From the IMG/VR virus record IMGVR_UViG_2537561945_000003: a stretch of 55,233 nt of DNA; one strand, given 5' to 3'. Each line of letters starts with the position of its first letter. Position 1 is the first letter of the stretch. The translations under genes were made by a program, and so were the position numbers. The DNA comes from a virus. Its lineage: Duplodnaviria > Heunggongvirae > Uroviricota > Caudoviricetes. The notes under the pieces were generated by a model. The model saw only the letters and a program-made list of their open reading frames with translations, was not told where the DNA came from and made no database searches. Shown here one piece after another: positions 47,335-55,233 of the stretch.

Positions 47335-48681
47335 TTATCCTCTGAAACCAGGCGGAATTTCTGTATCCGGTTCAGAAATATGATTAACACAACGCTGTAC
47401 AGGTGAACGTCCCAGGCGGATGACCAGTTCGTCCCATTTTTCGCGGAGCTTTGACGGGCTCATGATGTTTTTTACCCAGAATGGATCTCGCTGAACCCGA
47501 CCAAACATTTCGCAAATTTGTCTGTGGCTTCTGCCATCCAGCATCCGCATTGTGCGCACGTCATTGGCCCAGGCAGTCCAGTTAGGCTCTTTTGGTCGCA
47601 TGATCTCGCCATCATCACTGGCTGCCTGTTCGTAGAGACCCACGATCCGCCCCCAGATCCACTGCGCACACGCCAAATCCTCCCTGCTACCCCACTGGCG
47701 TTTTTTCGCACTAAACACAACCGCGTCGGAGTTCCGGGTTAAAAAATCCTGTTCAGTCGTCTGCGGGTCCGGTTGCGAAGCTTCCGGACGAAAAGTGTTT
47801 TTATTCTCTGTAGTAATCTCTGTTGTATTCTCTGTAAGATCATCAGGCCATTTTGACCCGATGACATTGGGTCGTTTTGAACCAATGGAGCGTTTCATTT
47901 TGACCTCTTCCATCGTGTCATTTTGACCTGATGGAGCGGCGCATTTTGAACCGATGGATTCGCTCAATTTGCCACCATCTAAAAGCTCGCTCCCATAGTT
48001 GATCGTGTAGAAATTGGTCATATCGCGCTTTGATTTATTGAGCTTTTCACAACGCAAAAGCCCCAGCGTTTTCAGACTTGCAAACGCGCGCTTTAACGTT
48101 GACTCTGACCAGAATGGGAACTGTTCCAGCCATTGTTCCGTTGTGTTATAAATCCAGCGAACACCATCACATTCCATGCCGGAGTTGGTATCTCTCAACC
48201 AGTAGTGCAGTTGTTGCAAAACAATGGCTTCGTTTAAGCCAATTTTCATTGCCAGCTGCGTGTTTATAACCAGTGGACGTTCAGCAAAAAGCAGTCCGGA
48301 CTCCACCACATCGCCATATTCTTTGTTTAACCCGGCGATCATGCACGTGATGCTTTTTCCGTCAGTAATTTCACGATACAACCTGAAATCATTAATCCGG
48401 ATAGCCTCCATAATTGCAGGCACTAGCGCCGTGAACTTTTCACGCTTATCCCTGGTGTCGATAGCCTTCCAGCGTTCAAATATCTTCACTCGATTAACGC
48501 CAAGCGCTCGCTGATCAATCGCGCCACCTTCATATGTGACACGCTGAACATCGATGTTCGGGCGCTCTTTCAAAGCCCAGAATGCTTCAGTGATTAATAT
48601 CGTCGCCTGCTCCTGTGTCATTCCTGGTCGACATATCCAGGCATCCAGAGCCTCACGAGCCTGTTCAGGAGTGATTTTCAT
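47335..48681 (-). CDS. replication initiator (lambda O-like replisome organiser) containing the iteron origin
   Basis: 448-aa ORF directly downstream of the cro-like dicC; array of 5-6 iterons inside the gene encodes a repeated IGSK linker. Confidence 0.7.
   Translation of the reverse strand: MKITPEQAREALDAWICRPGMTQEQATILITEAFWALKERPNIDVQRVTYEGGAIDQRALGVNRVKIFERWKAIDTRDKREKFTALVPAIMEAIRINDFRLYREITDGKSITCMIAGLNKEYGDVVESGLLFAERPLVINTQLAMKIGLNEAIVLQQLHYWLRDTNSGMECDGVRWIYNTTEQWLEQFPFWSESTLKRAFASLKTLGLLRCEKLNKSKRDMTNFYTINYGSELLDGGKLSESIGSKCAAPSGQNDTMEEVKMKRSIGSKRPNVIGSKWPDDLTENTTEITTENKNTFRPEASQPDPQTTEQDFLTRNSDAVVFSAKKRQWGSREDLACAQWIWGRIVGLYEQAASDDGEIMRPKEPNWTAWANDVRTMRMLDGRSHRQICEMFGRVQRDPFWVKNIMSPSKLREKWDELVIRLGRSPVQRCVNHISEPDTEIPPGFRG
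47849..47980. repeat. iteron array (candidate ori): 5-6 direct repeats of about 20 bp, consensus CATTTTGA(A/C)C..ATGG, spaced about 23 bp
   Basis: ccattttgacccgatg / cgttttgaaccaatgg / cattttgacctcttcc / cattttgacctgatgg / cattttgaaccgatgg / caatttgccaccatc. Confidence 0.7.
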
Positions 48682-48895
48682 TGTTCAACCGCCCCGCCCG
48701 CTTCGTCTTACGATATTCATCATAAACTTTGGGATCATACTGAAGCTCCCCGCCAGATGCCTCCTGTAGACGCATCGCGCGACCTTCGGGAACTAAATCC
48801 CCTTTCCAGCTATAAAGCGAAGCCAAACGAATACCTGCTGCTTGTGCAAGTTTTGTTTTTGAACCGAAATACAAAAGAGCGTCAGTTTTAAGCAT
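48665..48895 (-). CDS. dicC: DicC (Cro-like regulator)
   Basis: 76 aa MLKTDALLYFGSKTKLAQAAGIRLASLYSWKGDLVPEG...; divergent from dicA. Confidence 0.9.
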   Translation of the reverse strand: MLKTDALLYFGSKTKLAQAAGIRLASLYSWKGDLVPEGRAMRLQEASGGELQYDPKVYDEYRKTKRAGRLNNENHS

Positions 48896-48909
48896 TTAAA
48901 ACACCTTTA

Positions 48910-48929
48910 TTGTTAGTCATAACTAACAA
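48910..48929. promoter_or_regulatory. candidate operator palindrome in the dicC-dicA intergenic region
   Basis: TTGTTAGT-CATA-ACTAACAA (perfect 8-bp inverted repeat); related TGTTAG(C/T) motifs recur at about 49421 and 49456. Confidence 0.55.
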
Positions 48930-48978
48930 GATAGATGTTAACAAAAACATAGTCAATACGATTTAGCATTAGCTAACT

Positions 48979-49386
48979 ATGGAAACAAAAAATTTAACTA
49001 TCGGCGAACGCATCAGGTATCGTCGGAAAAACCTCAAACACACCCAAAGGTCTCTTGCTAAAGCCCTGAAAATCTCCCATGTGTCTGTATCACAATGGGA
49101 ACGGGGTGATAGTGAACCTACAGGGAAGAACCTTTTTGCCCTCAGCAAAGTATTGCAATGCTCACCAACATGGATTCTATTTGGCGATGAAGACAAGCAA
49201 CCAACACCACCTGTTGAGAAGCCAGTTGCCTTATCCCCCAAAGAACTAGAGCTCCTTGAGCTGTTTAATGCACTGCCAGAATCAGAACAGGATACCCAGC
49301 TCGCCGAAATGCGAGCTCGAGTAAAAAACTTCAATAAACTCTTTGAAGAATTACTAAAAGCCCGTCAGCGGACAAATAAAAGATAA
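48979..49386 (+). CDS. dicA: DicA repressor (XRE-family HTH)
   Basis: 135 aa METKNLTIGERIRYRRKNLKHTQRSLAKALKISHVSVSQWERGD... Confidence 0.95.
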   Translation: METKNLTIGERIRYRRKNLKHTQRSLAKALKISHVSVSQWERGDSEPTGKNLFALSKVLQCSPTWILFGDEDKQPTPPVEKPVALSPKELELLELFNALPESEQDTQLAEMRARVKNFNKLFEELLKARQRTNKR

Positions 49387-49552
49387 CATCATCAATGAGT
49401 TATCTTTTACCACATCAATTATGTTAGCTATAGCATACAAAATCACTTGACCGATATGTTAGTCATGGCTAATCTTGTTTGCATCAACACACCGCACGGT
49501 GTTCTCAGCAAACAGTTCCGCTACCCCAGCGTTAAGGGGAAATGAGGTCAGC

Positions 49553-49708
49553 ATGGATACTATCGATCTTGGCAACAACGAATCTCTGGTGTACGGCGTG
49601 TTTCCAAACCAGGACGGCACGTTCACCGCAATGACGTATACCAAAAGCAAAACGTTTAAAACCGAAAATGGTGCCCGTCGCTGGCTGGAAAGAAACTCAG
49701 GTGAGTGA
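49553..49708 (+). CDS. ydfA: YdfA
   Basis: ORF 49475..49708; start MDTIDLGNNESLVYGVFPNQDG at 49553, 51 aa. Confidence 0.8.
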   Translation: MDTIDLGNNESLVYGVFPNQDGTFTAMTYTKSKTFKTENGARRWLERNSGE

Positions 49709-49709
49709 T

Positions 49710-49838
49710 ATGGATTTCGACACAATCATGGAAAAGGCTTACGAAGAATACTTCGAAGGCCTTGCCGAAGGCGAAGAAGCTCTCAGCTTCAGTGAGTTTA
49801 AACAGGCGCTTTCCAGTTCGGCAAAATCTAACGGCTGA
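49710..49838 (+). CDS. ydfB: YdfB
   Basis: 42-aa ORF found by hand: MDFDTIMEKAYEEYFEGLAEGEEALSFSEFKQALSSSAKSNG. Confidence 0.75.
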   Translation: MDFDTIMEKAYEEYFEGLAEGEEALSFSEFKQALSSSAKSNG

Positions 49839-49867
49839 TAAGCGAAACAGCACCGCGAGGAATCAGT

Positions 49868-50086
49868 ATGCAGAAACGAGAACCCGTCATCATCGCGCCA
49901 GACTATACCGATGATGAACTTTATGAGTGGATGCGCCAGAAAATTAATGCAGCGCAGGATCTGAAATGGGCTAATGAAGCCAGGGCTAAGCAGGCTGAAA
50001 ATCTGTCCGCTCTGGAGCAGGATATCACCAATCTGGAAAAAGCAGCGGCATTAAGCATTGCCAGAATGATTACATACCCGCGTTAG
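49868..50086 (+). CDS. ydfC: YdfC
   Basis: 72 aa MQKREPVIIAPDYTDDELYEWMRQKINAAQDLKW... Confidence 0.85.
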   Translation: MQKREPVIIAPDYTDDELYEWMRQKINAAQDLKWANEARAKQAENLSALEQDITNLEKAAALSIARMITYPR

Positions 50087-50426
50087 TAGCTAATCAACAA
50101 AGCTAAGGTTAGTAATTAAGGAGTTCTCCACGGGTGAGGTGGAGTGCGTGCGCCGGACACGGGTGCGCATCCGGAACTGACAGTTTACTGAAAGGATATT
50201 TCCCTGAAAAGTCAGACCATAACGCGAAAGCGCACGGCGAGGTAGCTGGTTCATAGATAGCCTGTCGTTAAATTTTCGTCGACCGTGCGCTTCCGGTTGT
50301 GGCAACCCGCGAAATGGCGCGGCGGTAAGTATGGCGGGGTTATTCCTTCCCCGTTGAGGACACCGGGTTGTCAGGTTGACCATACGCTTAAGTGACAACC
50401 CCGCTGCAACGCCCTCTGTTATCAAT

Positions 50427-50484
50427 TTTCTGGTGACGTTTGGCGGTATCAGTTTTACTCCGTGACTGCTCTGCCGCCCTTTTT
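50427..50484 (+). ncRNA. dicF: DicF small RNA (Hfq-dependent, targets ftsZ mRNA), ending in its intrinsic terminator
   Basis: TTTCTGGTGACGTTTGGCGGTATCAGTTTTACTCCGTGACTGCTCTGCCGCCCTTTTT matches remembered DicF; located between ydfC and dicB. Confidence 0.85.
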
Positions 50485-50653
50485 AAAGTGAATTTTGTGA
50501 TGTGGTGAATGCGGCTGAGCGCACGCGGAACAGTTAAAACCAAAAACAGTGTTATGGGTGGATTCTCTGTATCCGGCGTTAATTGTTAACTAGTTAACGT
50601 CACCTGGAGGCACCAGGCACTGCATCACAAAATTCATTGTTGAGGACGCGATA

Positions 50654-50842
50654 ATGAAAACGTTATTACCAAACGTTAATACGTCTGAAGGTTGTTTTGA
50701 AATTGGTGTCACTATCAGTAACCCAGTATTTACTGAAGATGCCATTAACAAGAGAAAACAAGAACGGGAGCTATTAAATAAAATATGCATTGTTTCAATG
50801 CTGGCTCGTTTACGTCTGATGCCAAAAGGATGTGCACAATGA
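50654..50842 (+). CDS. dicB: DicB cell-division inhibitor (MinC-dependent)
   Basis: 62 aa MKTLLPNVNTSEGCFEIGVTISNPVFTEDAINKRKQERELL... Confidence 0.95.
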   Translation: MKTLLPNVNTSEGCFEIGVTISNPVFTEDAINKRKQERELLNKICIVSMLARLRLMPKGCAQ

Positions 50843-51030
50843 ATTCAGCATTTGTGCTTGTTCTGACAGTTTTTCTTGTTTCCGGAGAGCCAGTTGATAT
50901 TGCAGTCAGTGTTCACAGGACAATGCAGGAGTGTATGACTGCAGCAACCGAACAGAAAATTCCCGGTAACTGTTACCCGGTCGATAAAGTTATTCACCAG
51001 GATAATATCGAAATCCCGGCAGGTCTTTAA
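50839..51030 (+). CDS. ydfD: YdfD small membrane lysis-associated protein
   Basis: ORF 50785..51030; start MNSAFVLVLTVFLVSGEPVD at 50839 with AAGGA SD; start overlaps the dicB stop. Confidence 0.8.
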   Translation: MNSAFVLVLTVFLVSGEPVDIAVSVHRTMQECMTAATEQKIPGNCYPVDKVIHQDNIEIPAGL

Positions 51031-51122
51031 AACAGTTCCGTAATAAATATCCGGTTTCATTCTTATATGCCAGCAATGGCAGGGATTTGTTCATCCTTAA
51101 ATCTGTCATGAGGTTAAAACAA

Positions 51123-53594
51123 ATGAGTAAAGTCTTTATTTGCGCCGCTATTCCTGACGAACTGGCAACAAGGGAAGAAGGCGCTGTGGCTGTAGCCACA
51201 GCCATTGAAGCTGGCGACGAACGCCGTGCTCGAGCAAAATTTCACTGGCAATTCCTGGAACATTATCCGGCTGCTCAGGACTGCGCTTATAAATTTATTG
51301 TCTGCGAGGATAAACCTGGCATACCCCGCCCTGCCCTCGATTCATGGGATGCTGAATATATGCAGGAAAACCGCTGGGATGAGGAGTCTGCTTCTTTTGT
51401 CCCGGTTGAGACTGAATCCGATCCGATGAACGTCACTTTTGACAAGCTGGCCCCTGAAGTACAGAACGCTGTCATGGTTAAGTTCGACACATGTGAAAAC
51501 ATCACCGTTGATATGGTTATTAGCGCACAGGAATTGTTGCAGGAAGACATGGCAACATTCGACGGACATATCGTTGAAGCGTTGATGAAAATGCCAGAAG
51601 TTAACGCCATGTATCCGGAGCTTAAGTTGCACGCCATTGGGTGGGTTAAGCATAAATGTATTCCTGGTGCTAAATGGCCCGAAATTCAGGCAGAGATGCG
51701 CATCTGGAAAAAACGTCGCGAAGGTGAACGCAAGGAAACCGGAAAATACACGTCTGTTGTTGATCTCGCCCGCGCCAGAGCCAATCAACAGTACACTGAA
51801 AATTCAACAGGAAAAATCAGCCCGGTCATTGCTGCCATTCATCGCGAATACAAGCAGACATGGAAAACACTGGATGACGAACTGGCCTACGCTCTCTGGC
51901 CTAGTGATGTGGATGCCGGAAACATTGACGGCAGCATCCATCGCTGGGCAAAAAAAGAAGTTATCGACAACGACCGCGAAGACTGGAAGCGTATCTCGGC
52001 ATCAATGCGCAAACAGCCTGATGCCCTTCGCTACGACCGCCAAACTATTTTTGGCCTTGTCCGTGAGCGTCCGATCGACATTCACAAAGATCCCGTAGCA
52101 CTGAACAAATATATCTGCGAATACCTGACGACAAAGGGCGTGTTTGAGAATGAAGAAACAGACCTGGGCACTGTTGATGTTCTCCAGTCATCAGAAACAC
52201 AAACTGATGCAGTGGAAACTGAGGTATCTGATATCCCAAAAAATGAAACCGCGCCGGAAGCTGAACCATCTGTAGAGCGTGAGGGGCCGTTCTATTTCCT
52301 CTTCGCAGATAAGGACGGAGAAAAATACGGTCGCGCAAACAAACTCTCTGGTCTGGATAAGGCACTGGCTGCTGGCGCCACTGAAATCACAAAAGAAGAA
52401 TATTTTGCCCGAAAAAATGGCACATACACGGGCTTACCGCAAAATGTAGATACCGCTGAAGATTCAGAACAACCAGAGCCGATAAAAGTTACCGCTGACG
52501 AAGTAAACAAAATTATGCAGGCAGCCAATATCAGCCAGCCTGACGCCGATAAGTTGCTTGCTGCATCACGTGGTGAATTTGTTGAAGGGATTAGTGACCC
52601 GAATGATCCGAAATGGGTTAAGGGGCTCCAGACCCGCGATTCTGTGAACCAGAACCAGCATGAATCGGAACGGAACTACCAAAAAGCGGAACAAAACAGT
52701 CCAAATGCGTTACAAAACGAGCCAGAAACGAAACAGCCTGAACCAGTAGCGCAACAGGAAGTGGAAAAAGTCTGCACCGCCTGCGGTCAGACCGGCGGCG
52801 GCAACTGCCCTGATTGTGGCGCGGTGATGGGCGACGCAACATACCAAGAAACATTCGATGAAGAGTATCAGGTTGAAGTTCAGGAAGATGATCCGGAGGA
52901 AATGGAAGGCGCTGAACATCCACACAAGGAGAACACTGGCGGCAATCAGCATCACAATAGCGATAATGAAACTGGCGAGACGGCAGATCACCCAATTAAG
53001 GTGAACGGTCATCACGAAATCACATCCACCAGCAGGACGTGTGACCATCTAATGATCGACCTTGAAACCATGGGAAAAAATCCTGATGCCCCGATCATCT
53101 CAATAGGTGCAATATTTTTCGATCCGCAAACCGGAGATATGGGACCGGAATTTAGTAAGACTATCGATCTGGAAACTGCTGGCGGAGTCATTGATCGGGA
53201 CACCATTAAATGGTGGCTTAAGCAATCACGCGAAGCGCAATCTGCCATTATGACCGATGAAATCCCGTTAGATGATGCACTGTTACAATTGCGAGAATTT
53301 ATCGACGAAAACTCCGGTGAATTTTTTGTTCAGGTTTGGGGAAATGGAGCCAACTTCGACAACACGATTTTGCGCCGTTCATACGAACGGCAGGGGATCC
53401 CCTGCCCGTGGCGTTACTACAACGATCGCGATGTACGCACAATCGTTGAGCTGGGGAAAGCCATAGACTTCGATGCCAGAACGGCTATTCCATTCGAAGG
53501 TGAGCGCCATAATGCACTTGATGACGCCCGTTACCAGGCAAAATACGTTTCAGTTATCTGGCAAAAACTGATCCCGAGTCAGGCTGATTCTTAA
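51123..53594 (+). CDS. ydfE: YdfE-domain protein fused to a C4 zinc ribbon and a C-terminal DEDDh (DnaQ-like) 3-prime-5-prime exonuclease domain
   Basis: ORF 51087..53594; start MSKVFICAAIPDELATREEG at 51123 with GAGG SD; CTACGQTGGGNCPDCG ribbon; exonuclease motifs DLETMG, WGNGANFD, HNALDDARYQAK. Confidence 0.8.
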   Translation: MSKVFICAAIPDELATREEGAVAVATAIEAGDERRARAKFHWQFLEHYPAAQDCAYKFIVCEDKPGIPRPALDSWDAEYMQENRWDEESASFVPVETESDPMNVTFDKLAPEVQNAVMVKFDTCENITVDMVISAQELLQEDMATFDGHIVEALMKMPEVNAMYPELKLHAIGWVKHKCIPGAKWPEIQAEMRIWKKRREGERKETGKYTSVVDLARARANQQYTENSTGKISPVIAAIHREYKQTWKTLDDELAYALWPSDVDAGNIDGSIHRWAKKEVIDNDREDWKRISASMRKQPDALRYDRQTIFGLVRERPIDIHKDPVALNKYICEYLTTKGVFENEETDLGTVDVLQSSETQTDAVETEVSDIPKNETAPEAEPSVEREGPFYFLFADKDGEKYGRANKLSGLDKALAAGATEITKEEYFARKNGTYTGLPQNVDTAEDSEQPEPIKVTADEVNKIMQAANISQPDADKLLAASRGEFVEGISDPNDPKWVKGLQTRDSVNQNQHESERNYQKAEQNSPNALQNEPETKQPEPVAQQEVEKVCTACGQTGGGNCPDCGAVMGDATYQETFDEEYQVEVQEDDPEEMEGAEHPHKENTGGNQHHNSDNETGETADHPIKVNGHHEITSTSRTCDHLMIDLETMGKNPDAPIISIGAIFFDPQTGDMGPEFSKTIDLETAGGVIDRDTIKWWLKQSREAQSAIMTDEIPLDDALLQLREFIDENSGEFFVQVWGNGANFDNTILRRSYERQGIPCPWRYYNDRDVRTIVELGKAIDFDARTAIPFEGERHNALDDARYQAKYVSVIWQKLIPSQADS

Positions 53595-53666
53595 TGTTCA
53601 ACTGTCGCCGGTTGTGACTGGTATTCTGCAACCGGCGCTCGTCTGATGTAAGAGATAAAGAAATCG

Positions 53667-53918
53667 ATGAGCGAAGTAATCATGATTGTCTCTCCCGGCA
53701 AATGGGTATCCGAAGAGCAGTTAATTGCGCTGAAAGGAATAAAAAAAGGTACGTTAAAAAAGGCCCGGGAAAAATCGTTTATGGAAGGAAGGGAATATAA
53801 GCATGTCGCTCATGACGGTATGCCATGGGATAACAGTCCATGCTTTTACAACCTGGAAGAAATTGATCGCTGGATTGAGCGCCAGGCATCAGCGAGACCA
53901 AGACGTCATCTTACTTGA
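53667..53918 (+). CDS. xis: putative excisionase / small DNA-binding protein upstream of int
   Basis: 83-aa ORF immediately upstream of the integrase; role inferred from position. Confidence 0.5.
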   Translation: MSEVIMIVSPGKWVSEEQLIALKGIKKGTLKKAREKSFMEGREYKHVAHDGMPWDNSPCFYNLEEIDRWIERQASARPRRHLT

Positions 53919-53937
53919 CTAAAAGCCACACTAACTA

Positions 53938-55233
53938 ATGAGAGAAGTTGAAATGAAATATCCGACAGGCGTGGAAAACCATGGAGGGAAATTACGTATC
54001 TGGTTTGTTTATAAAGACGTAAGAGTCAGGGAAAATCTGGGGGTTCCTGACACAGCAAAAAACAGGCGCGTTGCAGGTGAACTACGCTCCTCTGTTTGTT
54101 ACGCAATAAAAACTGGTGTTTTCGACTATGCAAAACAGTTTCCCTCCTCACGCAATCTGGAAAAATTTGGTGAGGCCCGACAAGATTTAACCATAAAAGA
54201 ACTGGCTGAAAAATTTCTGGCACTGAAAGAAACTGAAGTCGCCAAAACATCACTCAACACATACCGTGCCGTCATCAAAAATATCCTGAGCATAATCGGT
54301 GAAAAAAATCTTGCCTCATCGATTAATAAAGAAAAATTACTGGAGGTTCGTAAAGAGTTACTGACTGGATACCAGATCCCCAAAAGTAACTATATTGTTA
54401 CACAACCAGGGAGATCGGCTGTAACTGTAAATAATTACATGACAAATCTTAACGCCGTGTTCCAGTTTGGTGTTGATAACGGTTACCTGGCAGATAATCC
54501 GTTTAAGGGGATCTCGCCATTAAAGGAATCAAGAACCATTCCGGATCCTCTTTCGCGGGAAGAATTTATCCGTCTTATCGATGCGTGCAGAAATCAGCAA
54601 GCAAAAAATTTATGGTGTGTTTCTGTTTATACTGGAGTTCGCCCTGGTGAGCTGTGTGCACTTGGATGGGAGGACATAGATCTGAAAAATGGAACAATGA
54701 TGATCAGGAGAAATTTAGCAAAAGACCGTTTCACGGTACCAAAAACACAGGCGGGAACCAATCGGGTCATTCATCTTATTAAGCCAGCAATCGACGCTCT
54801 CCGGAGTCAGATGACATTAACGAGACTGAGCAAAGAGCATATCATTGATGTTCACCTCAGAGAGTATGGCAGAACAGAAAAACAAAAATGCACCTTTGTT
54901 TTTCAACCTGAAGTGTCAGCGAGAGTAAAAAATTATGGTGACCATTTTACCGTTGACTCAATAAGGCAGATGTGGGACGCAGCGATAAAACGTGCCGGAC
55001 TCCGCCATCGAAAATCATATCAGTCGAGACATACTTATGCCTGCTGGTCGCTGACAGCTGGTGCTAACCCGGCATTTATAGCAAACCAGATGGGCCATGC
55101 AGATGCGCAAATGGTATTTCAGGTATACGGAAAATGGATGTCTGAAAACAATAATGCACAGGTAGCTTTGTTAAATACACAGTTAAGCGAGTTTGCCCCA
55201 ACCATGCCCCATAACGAAGCAATGAAAAATTAA
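53938..55233 (+). CDS. int: tyrosine site-specific integrase
   Basis: 431-aa ORF ending at the window edge; C-terminal R...HxxR...Y catalytic signature. Confidence 0.9.
   Translation: MREVEMKYPTGVENHGGKLRIWFVYKDVRVRENLGVPDTAKNRRVAGELRSSVCYAIKTGVFDYAKQFPSSRNLEKFGEARQDLTIKELAEKFLALKETEVAKTSLNTYRAVIKNILSIIGEKNLASSINKEKLLEVRKELLTGYQIPKSNYIVTQPGRSAVTVNNYMTNLNAVFQFGVDNGYLADNPFKGISPLKESRTIPDPLSREEFIRLIDACRNQQAKNLWCVSVYTGVRPGELCALGWEDIDLKNGTMMIRRNLAKDRFTVPKTQAGTNRVIHLIKPAIDALRSQMTLTRLSKEHIIDVHLREYGRTEKQKCTFVFQPEVSARVKNYGDHFTVDSIRQMWDAAIKRAGLRHRKSYQSRHTYACWSLTAGANPAFIANQMGHADAQMVFQVYGKWMSENNNAQVALLNTQLSEFAPTMPHNEAMKN

Noticed and set aside
50090-50425. 111-aa minus-strand ORF between ydfC and dicF
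   Set aside because: Antisense to the dicA-operon transcript that is processed into DicF; no start context; likely spurious.

Overview
Almost the whole window is one lambdoid prophage inserted in the MFS transporter gene ydfJ, the locus occupied by the cryptic Qin prophage in E. coli K-12; I did not find a convincing wholly novel system. Unlike K-12 Qin, this copy keeps a complete lambda-type late region on the minus strand (Nu1-A-W-B-C/Nu3-D-E-FI-FII-Z-U-V-G/T-H-M-L-K-I-J, then lom, stf, tfa, pin, ydfK) with a recognisable cosN. It also carries a pinholin / SAR-endolysin / Rz-Rz1 lysis cassette, a Q antiterminator, three cold-shock paralogs (cspI, cspB, cspF), hokD and relBE, the dicC-dicA-ydfABC-dicF-dicB-ydfD region, an O-like replication initiator with in-gene iterons, and xis-int at the right edge. 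Mobile elements have hit the early region: IS629 inside relE, two IS66-family elements (one splitting the likely flxA sigma-28 promoter), and a further DDE transposase. No rRNA, tRNA or CRISPR was seen. Everything rests on reading the sequence and ORF translations by eye against remembered lambda and K-12 Qin proteins; no searches were run, and hand-located coordinates may be off by 1-2 nt. The most follow-up-worthy items are the IS-inactivated relE with intact relB, the flxA promoter disruption, the in-gene iteron origin, the intact YdfE-exonuclease fusion, and a small membrane ORF in an AT-rich islet.
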